Source: the human T2T-CHM13v2.0 reference genome, Homo sapiens. Taken from it: DNA of 64,000 nt. Shown here in pieces: positions 38,722 through 50,640 of the stretch; the stretch's first letter is position 1, and every line of letters starts with the position of its first letter. Under the pieces are notes generated by a model. It did not search any database. It was not told the DNA's origin and saw only the letters and a list, made by a program, of their open reading frames with translations. Position numbers and translations under genes: made by a program. Location: NCBI RefSeq assembly GCF_009914755.1, contig NC_060939.1. One strand, 5' to 3'.

Positions 38722-39608
38722 TACTGTTCAAGTTACCTATTGCTGCAAAACAAACCACCCCAACACATAGATCTTGAAACAGATATTCATTATCTCTCAT
38801 GGTTCTGTGGGTAGGCTGGACTCAGAGAGTTCTCTCCTGAATATTTCATGGGGTCATAGATGGTGGTTGGGGCTTCAGTCTACGAAAGCAGCAGTCTCCA
38901 ACCTTTTTGGCACCAGGAACCAGTTTTGAGGAAGACAGTTTTTTCATGTGGGGTGGGTGGGTGGTTCCGGGATGAAACTGTTCCACCTCAGATCATCAGG
39001 CATTAGATTCTCATAAGGAGAGTACAACCTAGATCCCTTGGAGGCACAGTTCACAATAGGGTTTGCACTCCTCTAAGAATCTAATGCTGCTGTTCTGACA
39101 GGAGGCAGAGCTCAGGTGATAATGCTCGCTCACCCACCACTCACCTCCTCCTGTGTGGCCAGGTTCCTAACAGGCTACAGACTGGTACCAGTCTGCGACC
39201 TGGAGGTTGGGGACCCCTGTTGTAAAGGTTGAGCTGAGATGGATGTCCAAGAAAGCTTCACTTCTTGACTAACAGTAGGTGCTGGTTATAGGCTGGGAGC
39301 TCAGCTGGGGCTGTTGATTGTATTGCCTGTATATGGCCTCTCCATGTGGCTAGAGTTTCCCATAGCACTGGGGCTGGGTTCCAAGAGGCATCCCAAGAGA
39401 CCCAGGGAGAAGCTGCTAAGATCCCTCATGACCTAGCCTTTCAATTTTCCAGTGTCACTTTTGCCACATTCTATTAGTCAAGCAGATTCAAGGAGAGAAG
39501 AATTAGCCTCCATCTCTTAATGGAAGAGTGGCAAAAAGCACATTACAGAGAAGCATGTGGAATGGGAGACAGTGTTACAAATATCTTTGAAAAAGGCAGT
39601 TTGCCATA
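38722..39608 (-). mobile_element. MLT1H-like LTR, split by MER1B
   Basis: CTATTGCTGCAAAACAAACCACCCCAA...TCTCTCATGGTTCTGTGGGT before the insertion; GGCTGGGAGCTCAGCTGGGGCTG...GGCCTCTCCATGTGGCT after it. Confidence 0.8.
38889..39219 (+). mobile_element. MER1B hAT-Charlie element
   Basis: TIRs CAGCAGTCTCCAACCT and AGGTTGGGGACCCCTG; internal GATGAAACTGTTCCACCTCAGATCATCAGGCATTAG. Decayed 8-bp flanks TACGAAAG/TTGTAAAG. Confidence 0.92.
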
Positions 39609-40154
39609 GTTACTGCTTATCAAGAGATCTGAAGTCCATTCCTGTTTGACCTTGGTTTAGATGCTTTCCCTCTCTGAGCGCCAGGATCTCCTATTGTTAA
39701 ATGATGGAATTGAATGAGATACTTTTTACAGTCATTCACATTTAAAAATTTAGTGTTTGGCTCATTGTGAACACCAGTATCTGTATCTACCTAGCCATAG
39801 GTCTTGAAAACCATAAAGTCATATGAAAGGAAAAGCTTAAATTGCTAGCAATTCTCATGATGTCGCTTTTAGACAGAGAATGTAAGAAATTAGATGATTA
39901 AAGACTTTTCACAAAAGCACACCCATGTTTGAAAGTTGTAGAGCAGCAAAAAAGCATTATAATTCAACTAAATTAAAAACCTCAATAGAAAAAAAGGGAG
40001 TGTGAAAATGGGAAGTATCCTTTCTCAACAAGAACCACCCTGTGAACATTAATTTTCTCCTGCAAATCTCAGAGCATTTGACACATTCACTAGCCTAAGG
40101 TTTTACTATTTTCTTTTTATTGGAGAGGCACCACTGGCAGAGAGAACATAATTT

Positions 40155-40320
40155 TATCATAGAAAATTAGAGTTGAAGGGGACCTCAAGGTCATCTCATC
40201 CAATGCAGTGACTCTGGGCAGAAGAGTACAAATTATATACACCCACTGAGATAGTCATCTAGAGATTAAATTATTTCCCCAGCATCAAACAATGAGTCAG
40301 CAGCTGAGCTGTGGCAAAAA
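40155..40320 (-). mobile_element. MIR3-like fragment
   Basis: ATCATAGAAAATTAGAGTTGAAGGGGACCTCAAGGTCATCTCATCCAA. Confidence 0.6.
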
Positions 40321-40729
40321 GGTAAAGTTCTCGACTTTTCAGCCACAGACAAGCAGAAGTCCCCAGTCACTGAGAGTCAAAAAATGCTTTATGGTTTCCA
40401 AGTGTTTTCATAGCTTCCCTCCCTCCCATCCTTCCTTTCTTTCACAATATTTTGTTATGGATATATTATATATCAGAAAATGCTGTCCAGGTTATTTTGT
40501 TTGATCCTTACATCAACACTATGATACTTCTAAATACTATTCTTTGCATTTCACAGCTGAGGAAAATGGAACCCATTCGAGTTGAGAGACTTCCCAAAGG
40601 GCACATAGCTAGTAAGCAGCAAAGTGCCATGGATGGGAGTGGCAAAGTACTGATTTCTTATCCTAACCTTTTTTTTTTTTAAGCACATTTTCTATTCCCC
40701 TTTAGCCATAATATTTGTTCTAATGGCTA

Positions 40730-40985
40730 AGATTTATTTAGTCCTTTCTATGTGTTGGGCTCTGTGTGAGGCACTTTATTTATAATATTTTATATGTATG
40801 TATTTGTGTTATTTAATATTTATATATTGTATTTGTATCATATTTTATTTGATCTTCACATAGTGTTATTGTGCAGTGTTTTGCTATTTTGGCCCCATTT
40901 CCAGATGGATAAACTGAGGTAGAGAGAGGCTAAATTAAGATGTTAAAATGGGAATGAAAGCCAGGATGTCTGACTCCAAATGTCA
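40730..40985 (-). mobile_element. MIR with internal AT-rich expansion
   Basis: ATTTATTTAGTCCTTTCTATGTGTTGGGCTCTGTG...CCCCATTTCCAGATGGATAAACTGAGGTAGAGAGAGGCTAA...TGTCTGACTCCAAA. Confidence 0.7.
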
Positions 40986-41224
40986 GCTATTCATAAGATA
41001 TTTTCTGTCCTTACGAATGCTGGTCCTCTGAGAAGGTGACATTTCATACTTACATTTAGACTCTTCAAAATTTGATATTAAAATATGTCCGATGTTATAC
41101 ACTGTGTATTCATGCACATAGAATTGATTAATATTTGCTGCTGCTGCAAATAAGTGCCTAGACTAACTTTTATACTACAGATATGTATTTTGTTTTACTA
41201 TAAATTCAGTTGACATGAGATTAA

Positions 41225-41390
41225 AACATTGGATTGAGAATCAGAAGACCCAGACCTGGGACTGAGCTCTGCTGCTTAGAGCTGTTTGACTGTGAGGGAG
41301 TTAATTGCCCTCTTTGGTCAATTAGGCAATTGCCTTATGTATAAAATAAAAGGATTGGACTAAGTAGTGATAATTACTCTGAAATCCAAC
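41225..41390 (+). mobile_element. MIR fragment
   Basis: TGGATTGAGAATCAGAAGACC...CCTGGG...GCTCTGCTGCTTAGAGCTGTTTGACTGTG. Confidence 0.6.
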
Positions 41391-42678
41391 AACATGATAT
41401 AGTTTTCCATACATATTTTCTGGCTGAGAAATAAAAAAAAGTACTTCTTTGGCCTTGGTTCTTTTATTCTTCCAAGTGGATCTCTTCCATTTTCACCAGG
41501 AGAAAAGAAAATGCCTGGTTTCCCAGGAGCTTCACTCTGGCCCCTCGGCAGCCCTGGATCCCTTGTCCTGCTGATTTTTAGCCTTGCAGAGAGGCAATAC
41601 CCTTTTTTTGTTTGTTTTTGTTTTGTTTTTTGCTTTACAATTTCACTGTTCCCCAAAGTGCTTCACAGTGTGTATTTTATTTTTTAACTTGATAAAAATT
41701 GAAATAAATTTCTCCATGGGAAATTTTGCAGTGTTGAGACATCTGAAGGAAAAATAAGCACAATGCCCATCAGTAATGTGGCTGTAACGTTCTGCAGATA
41801 TGAAAGCATTTTTGCAATCTTTGGCTGTTTGGTCCCCATGCCAATCCTGGTTTTCATAGAAGGGAAAACTGGAGATCCAGTTGCTTTAGGTGATTTGCCT
41901 GAGTGGCCACCCAGATTGTCTCATGTCTCCAAGCTATTAAATGACAAAAGTGGGCCTCAAAGCACCACAGAATTTGGATTTCCATGCTAAGGGTTAAGGG
42001 TCTGAGAATCACCAGATATTCCCTTTCATAGAATTGCCCCACTTACCTGCATGAGGACCCCAAGAAGCCCCATTACAAAGTGGCTCCCACATAAATCTGA
42101 TTAGAGTGTAAATAGGCCCCTGTGCTGTCCAGGGTAAGATTAGGGAAACCAGTTTACTCTTATCAGGACAAAATGACAAAAATTTTCCTTTGTTGCCCTT
42201 TTCATCACCTGCCCGTAGCAGCTCCTAGCATATCACATGTTCATAATCTTCATATTATTCTTCCTACTGTTTTTTATAATTCAGAGGCCCTCACCGAAAT
42301 CCATCCCCATATCCCACAGCCTGTCTTCCTAGATATACTTTATGCTTAACTGGCTTGATACACTTTCCTCACCAGATTTCTCATCTTTGGGGTCACTTCG
42401 TTTATGAATCCTGCTCTGAGCCAAATAACAGGATGGAAACTTGATTAATGAATTTATTATTATACAAGAACATAGGTACTAACTGGTTAGCATATTGCCC
42501 TTTCCTGGTGATACACATGCATTGAAAAGACTTTTTACCCTTACCCCTCAAAAAATGAGGTTGATGACACAAATGTGGAGACATGGACACATCAGAAAAT
42601 CAGGTCATTATTGACAACATAGAGCTTTGCCTATTGCTCAAATGACTCAATCTAAACAATTACTAGATGGTGTAATAC

Positions 42679-43632
42679 AAAAAATATATGTGTAAACCAT
42701 ATATCTGAAAAGGGGTTAGTATCCAAAATATATAAGGAACTTATACAACTCAATAGCAAAAAATAAATAACCTGTTTTTAAAATGGGCAAAGGACTTGAA
42801 TAGACATTTCACCAAAGAAGACATACAAATGACCAACAGGTCTATAGAAAGATTCTCAACATCACTAATAATTGGGGAAATGCTAACCAAAATCACAATG
42901 AGGTATCACCTCACATATTAGGACAGCCATTATCAAAACAACAGAAAATAACAAGTATTTAGAGGATTTAGGGAAATTGAAACTCGTCTGAACTGTTGGG
43001 AATGTAAAATGTTGTTGCCGCTATGGAAAACAGTATAGAGATTCCTCAACAAACTAAAACTAGAACTACTATATGATCCAACAATCCCACTTCTGGGTAT
43101 TTATGCAAAGGAATTGAAATCGGTATGTCAAAGAGATATTTGCACTCCAATGTCCACTGCAGCATTAGTCACAATAGCCAAGATATAGAAACACTGTAAA
43201 TGCATATGAAAATATGAATAGATGGATTTATGAATGGGCAGAGAAAATAGTATGTACATACATTGAGATATTATTCAGCCTACAAGGAAGGAGATCCTGT
43301 CATATCCTGCCATATGGATGAACCTTGAGAAGATTAAGCTACGTGAAATAAGCCAGTCACAGAAGGACAAATACTGTATGATTCCATTTATCTGAGGTAT
43401 CTAAAGTAGCCAAACGCATAGAAGCAGAAAGTAGAATGGTGGTTTCCAGGGACTGGGAGGAGGAGAAAATGGAGAGTTGCTGTTTAATGAGTAAAGAGTC
43501 TCAGTGATGCAAGATGAAAAATTTCTAGAGCTGTACTGTACAACATTGTACTTAGAGATAGCAATACTGTACTATACACTTTAACATGTTAAGAGGATAG
43601 ATCTCATGTGCTATTTAGCAAAATAAAAAAAT
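42679..43632 (+). mobile_element. 5'-truncated L1MA9/L1MB-type element (ORF2 end and 3' UTR)
   Basis: AAATGGGCAAAGGACTTGAATAGACATTTCACCAAAGAAGACATACAAATG...ATATGATCCAACAATCCCACTTCTGGGTAT...CCAGTCACAGAAGGACAAATACTGTATGATTCCA, then an A tail. Confidence 0.92.
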
Positions 43633-44146
43633 AGAATGAATGAATAAATGGATAAATGAATGTCTGCTTCAGACCAACCTTTATTAGTCAATCACTATAT
43701 GACATTGGACATAATAATTAACCTCTCCAGTCCTCAAATAGCAATATCTTCTTTACAGTGGTGATATGAGGTTGAATTGAAATGATGATTAATTGTAAAA
43801 CATTGTGAAATAAAAAGTAGATGTATTGTTGTTATCGTAAATTGTATAACTGCTTCTCCATCTGAAGAAGAGATCATCATGGGGATATAGCTGATGTTGG
43901 CAAAATTTCTCAAGTGTAATCAGTAATAAAAATATTTGATCATAAAAATTACTCTTTAAAAAAAAGCTTTTAGGTTCAATGGTCTAGTTGTTTCAAATAA
44001 TATTCAATTTTTATAAAAGCCAAGTTTTAGCTCCATAACATTAATCTTCCAAAATGTCACTGAGTAAGGCAGGATTTAGGGGATGTATGTAAACCCCTAA
44101 AGGGTATATTTAGCCCGAGATCTTTTCTCAACGAGTTACTATGTGA

Positions 44147-44480
<334 letters not shown>

Positions 44481-45078
44481 AACAGTGCCACTTTTGTGTC
44501 AGTTATCTTTGCAATGGTCATATCATTCTGATGTATATCTTCAAATCACAACTGAAAATATGTAAAGAATTGGTAACCTCAGTGACCAGCTTCCCTCTTT
44601 ATTAGCCCATTTACAGGGCTTGGTTTACCCACCCTGCACACCAAATCTTGGATGCTTCTTTTCCAGGATGGCTTTGCCATCTACCAAATGAGTAAAAGAC
44701 CAATTAAACTACTGCAAATCATTCGGTACCATTGCTCTAAGAATAGCACAACTCTGCCAAGTAATAATATTCTAGTTAAACTGACTACTCATTTTTTTGA
44801 AATGAGTTCATTTGCCCGCAGTACGTAAAACCCTCCTCACAAATGTCCACTGGTAGAGATGAAGATAGAAACCCTGGATACCACACAAACACCATTTGAG
44901 AGAAGAGGGACAGATTTCCCCAGCAAAAGTGCATGCTCATCACTGATGCTAAGCACATAAGTGCTGTTGATTGGTTGCCTGAATACAGTGAGCACGTTCA
45001 GGTTTAATTCTCATGGCTGCATTGAGACTCTAAAGAGCAGACCATGAGTAGAAATGATTAGTCTGTGCACATATTTTT

Positions 45079-45420
45079 TATATTTTTTATAGATTTGGGG
45101 GTACATATGAAGGTTTGCTACATAGATAAATTGCATAATTGTGAGGTTTGGGCTTAGAGTGTACCCATCACTTGAAGAGCGAACATTATACCCAAATGGT
45201 AATTTTTCAGTCCTCACCTCTCACCTACCCTTCCCCTCTTGGAGCCACCAGTGTCCATTATTTCCTCGGTATGTCCATGTGTACCCATTGCTTAGCTCCC
45301 ACTTCCATTTGAGAGCATGCAGTATTTGATTTTCTGTTTCTGAGTTATTTCATTTAGAATAATGGCCTCCAGCTCCATCAGTGTTGCTGCAAAGGACAGG
45401 ATTTCATTCTTTTTTATGTC
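45079..45420 (-). mobile_element. 5'-truncated L1PA16/L1PB-like 3' end with intact TSD
   Basis: GGGGTACATATGAAGGTTTG...TTAGCTCCCACTT...AATGGCCTCCAGCTCCATC. TSD TGCACATATTTTT at 45066-45078 and 45421-45433. Confidence 0.9.
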
Positions 45421-46524
45421 TGCACATATTTTTATGTCAAGATTTCCACCGAAAAGCGCTAATGTCCAAGTTCTGGAGATAGAAAAGCTAGTAGTTTATG
45501 AAAAATCTCAACATCCTTAAATTTGCATCATATTATAAACTCTGTACATGGAAAACTCAGTGCTTTTATGTTTTGTATCTACTGTTTTAACTGAATGTGA
45601 TATATTTGGTTATATATCTTGTCTGCATTTTTTTAGAAAAAAAATCAACCTTGCACATTTTACTTAATTTGTATTGATATTTACCCTGTTTTCACAAGCA
45701 GACATCATATATAACACACACAAACGAGTTATTTAAGTATTACTAGTATTGGTATGGCTTTACCAGCACATGAATGATTCCTGTTCCCTGGGAGTCCAGG
45801 CATTGAGGCCATGGCTGAGTGAAATATTGACTGCACAATGGGAAGACATTGTGTCTTCACTGAGTTCAGGCCTTATAATGTATAACTAGTGTTACCTTTT
45901 TCTATCAACATACGTTTAGTGACCCTCCTCAAGTTTAATACCTAGTGATAGCAAAATCCAACAGCTGCTGAAGATAGATAATAAAGAGGCAGGATTCTTT
46001 AAAGGATGGATTATGTTTTGTATCAATTGATATGGAGTCATCTTCAAGATGGCAGACTCAAAGGTCTTCACGTCTAAGCAGATTTGGCAGAAAGAACAGC
46101 ATTATAAGCCCCATTTGCCTCTCCCTGAAAGATGCTGATGGCTTCCTAAGGCTACATCAAACACTGCCTACACTAAAATGGGTGTTCGTGTTTGCATTAT
46201 CTTCATGTGGATTATGCAGTTTTATGGAATATGCCCCAGTCTGCTTAATGATTACAATAATAAAAAAAATTAACGACAATTATAAAAAAATTAACAACAA
46301 TAATAGCACCTACTAACATTCATTAAGTACTTAGTACATGCTTGATACTGTCTTTAAAACTGGAAAATTATACCTATATATTAATTATATATAATCAAGA
46401 TATATATATTCTTCAAGATTATATTTAGTTATCGCTGTATCAGATATCCTCATTTTATCTTTTAAAAAGGTTGAGATAGGAACTATACTCATTTTACAAT
46501 TCATATTAAAGCACAGAGACATGA

Positions 46525-46656
46525 TATAGAATGTAAGCTCCATAATAGCAGGAAAGTATGAGTATTTAGTTCACTGTTGTGTTTCCTGGAGTTTATAATA
46601 ATGCCCAGTACATACCAGGAGCTCAATGACATTTGCTGAATAAATGAATGAATGAA
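46525..46656 (+). mobile_element. L2 3' terminal fragment, within a MIR
   Basis: TAGAATGTAAGCTCCAT...GTTCACTGTTGTGTTTCC...GCTCAATGACATTTGCTGAATAAATGAATGAATGAA. Confidence 0.8.
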
Positions 46657-47254
46657 CATAGGTTACTCTAAGGTTACTATGCTAGCAGTTGCCCTATAAT
46701 AATTTCAAGTTAAATACTTAGAAAATTGTAAGAACTTTTAAAATGGTAATTCCCTTTTTTAAAAATGTGTGTGAATTGGAAGATTTATCACAATTAGCAT
46801 GAGTTTCAATTATTCAATCTTTATTAATTTTGATAGAAAAAAATGAAAGGTACTCCATTCATTCATTCATGAACTGATTTGGAAATATTCACTGGCTGTA
46901 TTCTATACGCCAGGCTCAATGCCAAATACCAGAGACCTGGGGAAACTTACCGTGGAAACCAAGGCAGGGAACATAAATGATAAAGTGAAGTAATAATTAT
47001 ATCACAAAAGAGGAAGGAAGAGAAGGAAGAGGAGGAAAGAGTGGACTAAATTTCAACCTTAAATATAGTATTGAAAAACTCAGAACATATTCTAGTCCTC
47101 TTCAAATGTTTCCACCGAAGAATCCCTAAGAGCAGATGAGATCAAACCTGTCTTTCCAAGCGGTCTGTTTCTCTTGAAGAGCCCATTGTGAGCATTAAGT
47201 ATCTTTGAAGAGTCATATTTTATCCTAAAATTCATTAAACTTTTGTGCAATACC

Positions 47255-47740
47255 ATCCAATAGGTTTTCCCAGAATCCCTAGAAAACAGTGCCTGAGGCA
47301 AATGCTTTCACACTGACACTTTGCTGAGTAGCACAATCCCAGAGAGGCAGGAGGGAGAGAGAAGGGGGATGAGGCAGATTAGGTGGAATGCAGATATAAG
47401 GGACATCACCAAGTTAGCCTTCCCTTTCTAGCAAACAGAGTTGATGGCCTGGTCTGCTGGATGTCTTTTCAAAGGCCATGTGGAGACTCTGTCATTGAAG
47501 GGGTGAGGAAGGAGATGGGAGGGAATTTGTGCACTGGGTCCATTTCATATTTATCAAACTTTGCCCAGTGAGGAGTTAACACTTCTGCATTCTGGGTTAG
47601 GGCCACATGACCCCCTTCAAGACACCACAGAGCAAGCCACATCACCCATAGGGCAGGGACTTCTTTGAGTCTAGAATGGTAGGAGCATCCTGAGACCCCT
47701 AGTGGGAGTCTCAAACCAACACAGCTATGGTAGAACATGT
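47255..47740 (-). mobile_element. Probable old ERVL LTR (LTR16/40/50-like)
   Basis: GAATCCCTAGAAAACAGTGCCTGAGGCAA...ATCCCAGAGAGGCAGGAG resembles antisense ERVL LTR 3' ends. Family uncertain. Confidence 0.4.
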
Positions 47741-48798
47741 GAACAAGGATCCTGGAGACAGGTTGAATCCCGGGTATCTAGAGCTAACCATATGAGGAAT
47801 CTAATACAACCTGTGAGCAAGATTGACCCCAGAAACTTGTGCCATGTTCTTGTTATGGCTTTGTATCGCCTCTAGACTCAATACCCCTGGGAGAACTCAA
47901 AACCAGAGGGAAACATTGCCTGATTAAAAGATGCATATCTGAGATTTAAAATAGGGAATGGATGTGATTTCTGACACAGAGAGCCCACTGGAGAGCAGGT
48001 GGGTGTGGATTTGCAGAGAGGAATAGAAATTAAAACATTGCAGACATTCAGCTACTATCAGGTGGGGAAAAAAATGAGTAGTACTCTCAGCTACTATCCA
48101 GGTGGAAAAAAATGGATGATGCATTCCTGTGCAGTGGCAACATATATTAAGAGGACTTCAAGTCATTTATTTACTTATACTCTACCTGTTCCCAGTAAGA
48201 TGTCATATTATAGAATCATTTGCAATGGTTCACAAGTAAAATAAGAACTAAGTCATGAATTAAGGCAAAAAGAAAAAAAAAACTTTAAATATTTAGATGT
48301 CTCAGAAGAATTACTTAACTAAGTTCTAACCCTCTGAAACTTTCTTTAAGTGCTACCGTGACAGTTTCAGTCCTACACGTGAAGACTTACCTATCTAACC
48401 AACTTCAATTTTGACGAACTTCAAAAAATGTTCAAAGGAAAAATATATATGATTACATGGTATGACCTTCTGCAAGAAAAGCCATCTCAAAGAGATTTAG
48501 AAAATTCTCCATCATCGTGCAAATGCACAGTACCTAAGTTGCTAACATTATGGATAAACAAAAGATAGCACACAAATTTACTCTTACCAAACTTGGTGAG
48601 ACCCTCAGGATAGTTCCAGTATCATTTTCTCCTTCTTCCTGGTCACCCACCCTCTCGGGCCCTCCAACACTCCAATCATGCATATTTCTTAGCACATGAT
48701 CTCATCAGCACTTCAACATGTGTGTCAAATTCCTTGAATGAACACGCAAAAGATAGAATTATCAAAATTGTAGATGAGTTAAAATTGTAGATAACTTA

Positions 48799-49099
48799 AG
48801 CCAGGCATGTGGCTCACACCTGTAGTCCCAGCACTTTGGGGGACTGAGGAGGAAGGATCACTTGAGGATGGGAGTTCAAGACCAGTCTGGGCAACATAGC
48901 AAGACCCCATCTCTATAAAAAATGAAAAAATCATCTAAGAGGGGTGGCTTGTACCTGTAGTCCTAGCTACTCAGGAGGCTGAGGCAGGAAGATCGCTTGA
49001 GCCCAGGATTTTGAGGCTGTAGGGAGCTATGATTGTACCACTGTATTTCAGCCTAGGTGACACAGCAAGACCCTGTATCCAAAAAAAAAAAAAAAAAAG
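48799..49099 (+). mobile_element. AluJ
   Basis: Full dimer with GGATCACTTGAGG, GATCGCTTGAGCCCAGG and GAGCTATGATT, plus an A18 tail. Confidence 0.95.
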
Positions 49100-49239
49100 A
49101 AGTACTATTAATTATGACATACAGAATTCCCAAAAAGAACATGGAAAACTTCGACTAAATCTAGAAATATGAAGGTTTTGTAGAGATAAAATGAAAGCTC
49201 CTGGACTTTCTTCTTGCCATGAATAATTTTGAGCCTCTG

Positions 49240-50125
49240 TGATATGCCTGCCACTGTACCAGGCACTATGGATACAGTGGTGGGCAAGACAGATGCTTCC
49301 GTGCCCTTGAAGCACTTAGAATGCAACAGGGAAGGCAGATCTTTAAGCCAGCAAAATTAAAATGTGTGGCCAAGTGTTATGATAGTAGAAATAGTGTTGG
49401 GGTCCCTAACTTATCTGGGTGATGTCTTCCATGCCCCAAGAAGCAACGTTTAGGCTGGAATCTAAAAAAAAGAAAGAGAGAAGATTTGGAATTAGCTAAG
49501 TGAAGCAGAGAAATAGATATTCAAGGAGGTGGAAAACGTAGCAAAATCAAGATCATGAAAGGCCCCCTTAAGCCATATTAAACGATTAGATCTTATTATA
49601 AAAGCAACGGAAGCCCACTGAGCAGTTCAAGCGGGAAAGTAACATGATCAAATATGAGCTCTAGAAGTATCAATCTGGAAGCATGTGGAGAATAAGCATG
49701 TTCAGAAGGGATCCCGGCAACAGAGGCTGACAGCCAGCAGCAGAGAGAAAAGTAGCAGAGAGAGATTTGTGGAGTAGAAGCAACCAGATGTGGTAAGTTT
49801 TTGGATTTGAGATGTGAAGGATGGGGAAGACATCGATGATACTTATATTGAGATTTCTGACCATCATTATAGGATGGTACTGTTTAGGGAGATGAAAATA
49901 TTGGAGGAACAGCAGTTTAAAAAGAGAAAATAAGGGCTAAAATTTAGGACATGTAGAATTTTGATAGCTCATGTTCCTGTGCGCTATCCAACTACAGATG
50001 ACCAAGATACAGTTGAACATAAGAACCTGGAGCTCACAAATGAGGTCCAAACTAACTTAATGAGGTACATATTTGAGAATCAACATATATGTAGTAACTA
50101 AAACCATGGGAATAAATGAGACAAG
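49240..50125 (-). mobile_element. L2 LINE fragment
   Basis: CCAGGCACTATGGATACAGTGGTGGGCAAGACAGA...AAATTTAGGACATGTAGAATTT...CTGGAGCTCAC...AAAACCATGGGAATAAATGAGA. Confidence 0.75.
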
Positions 50126-50179
50126 AGAATTAGATATAAAATATTAGAAATGAGTTTGAATTTACACTAAGTTCATAGA

Positions 50180-50640
50180 GTCCACAGTGTGACAGTGTGA
50201 TGATAGTATGTGTTAACCCAGAATGTATTTGGCTCTAAAATAAGATAGGGATAGTTGTATTCTCCTTGAAGCTGATCAGGTCATGCTGAGCATCATACTG
50301 ACTATTGGGTGCCATACTAGAAGCAGCTTCAGAAGGGAGTCCTGGTGATGAGAAGGCTGAAAACCGAGATAAAACCTAAAAAATATTGAATAAAGCATGA
50401 ATGTTCAATCTAAATACAAGAAAATTCTTCAAATATTAAAAGGACAATCATAATAGAAGCTGGAATAAAATTATTATGTCTTCATTCATTCAACAATTAT
50501 TATTGAAGGCATTGTCATGGGAGTATTTAAGCATAGGCTGGGGAAGAGCTGTTAAGGGTTTTATAGAGTATGAAAAGATCAGATAAATGAGTAGGTTAAC
50601 AAACCTTTAAGGTATTTTCCAACCTTGAGACTCTGATTCG
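50180..50640 (+). mobile_element. L3/CR1 LINE 3' remnant
   Basis: GCTGATCAGGTCATGCTGAGCAT...TTGGGTGCCA...TCTTCAAATATTAAAAGGAC...ACCTTTAAGGTATTTTCCAACCTTGAGACTCTG. Confidence 0.55.

Noticed and set aside
38948-38964. G-quadruplex GGGGTGGGTGGGTGG
   Set aside because: The fourth run has only two Gs, and it lies inside MER1B.
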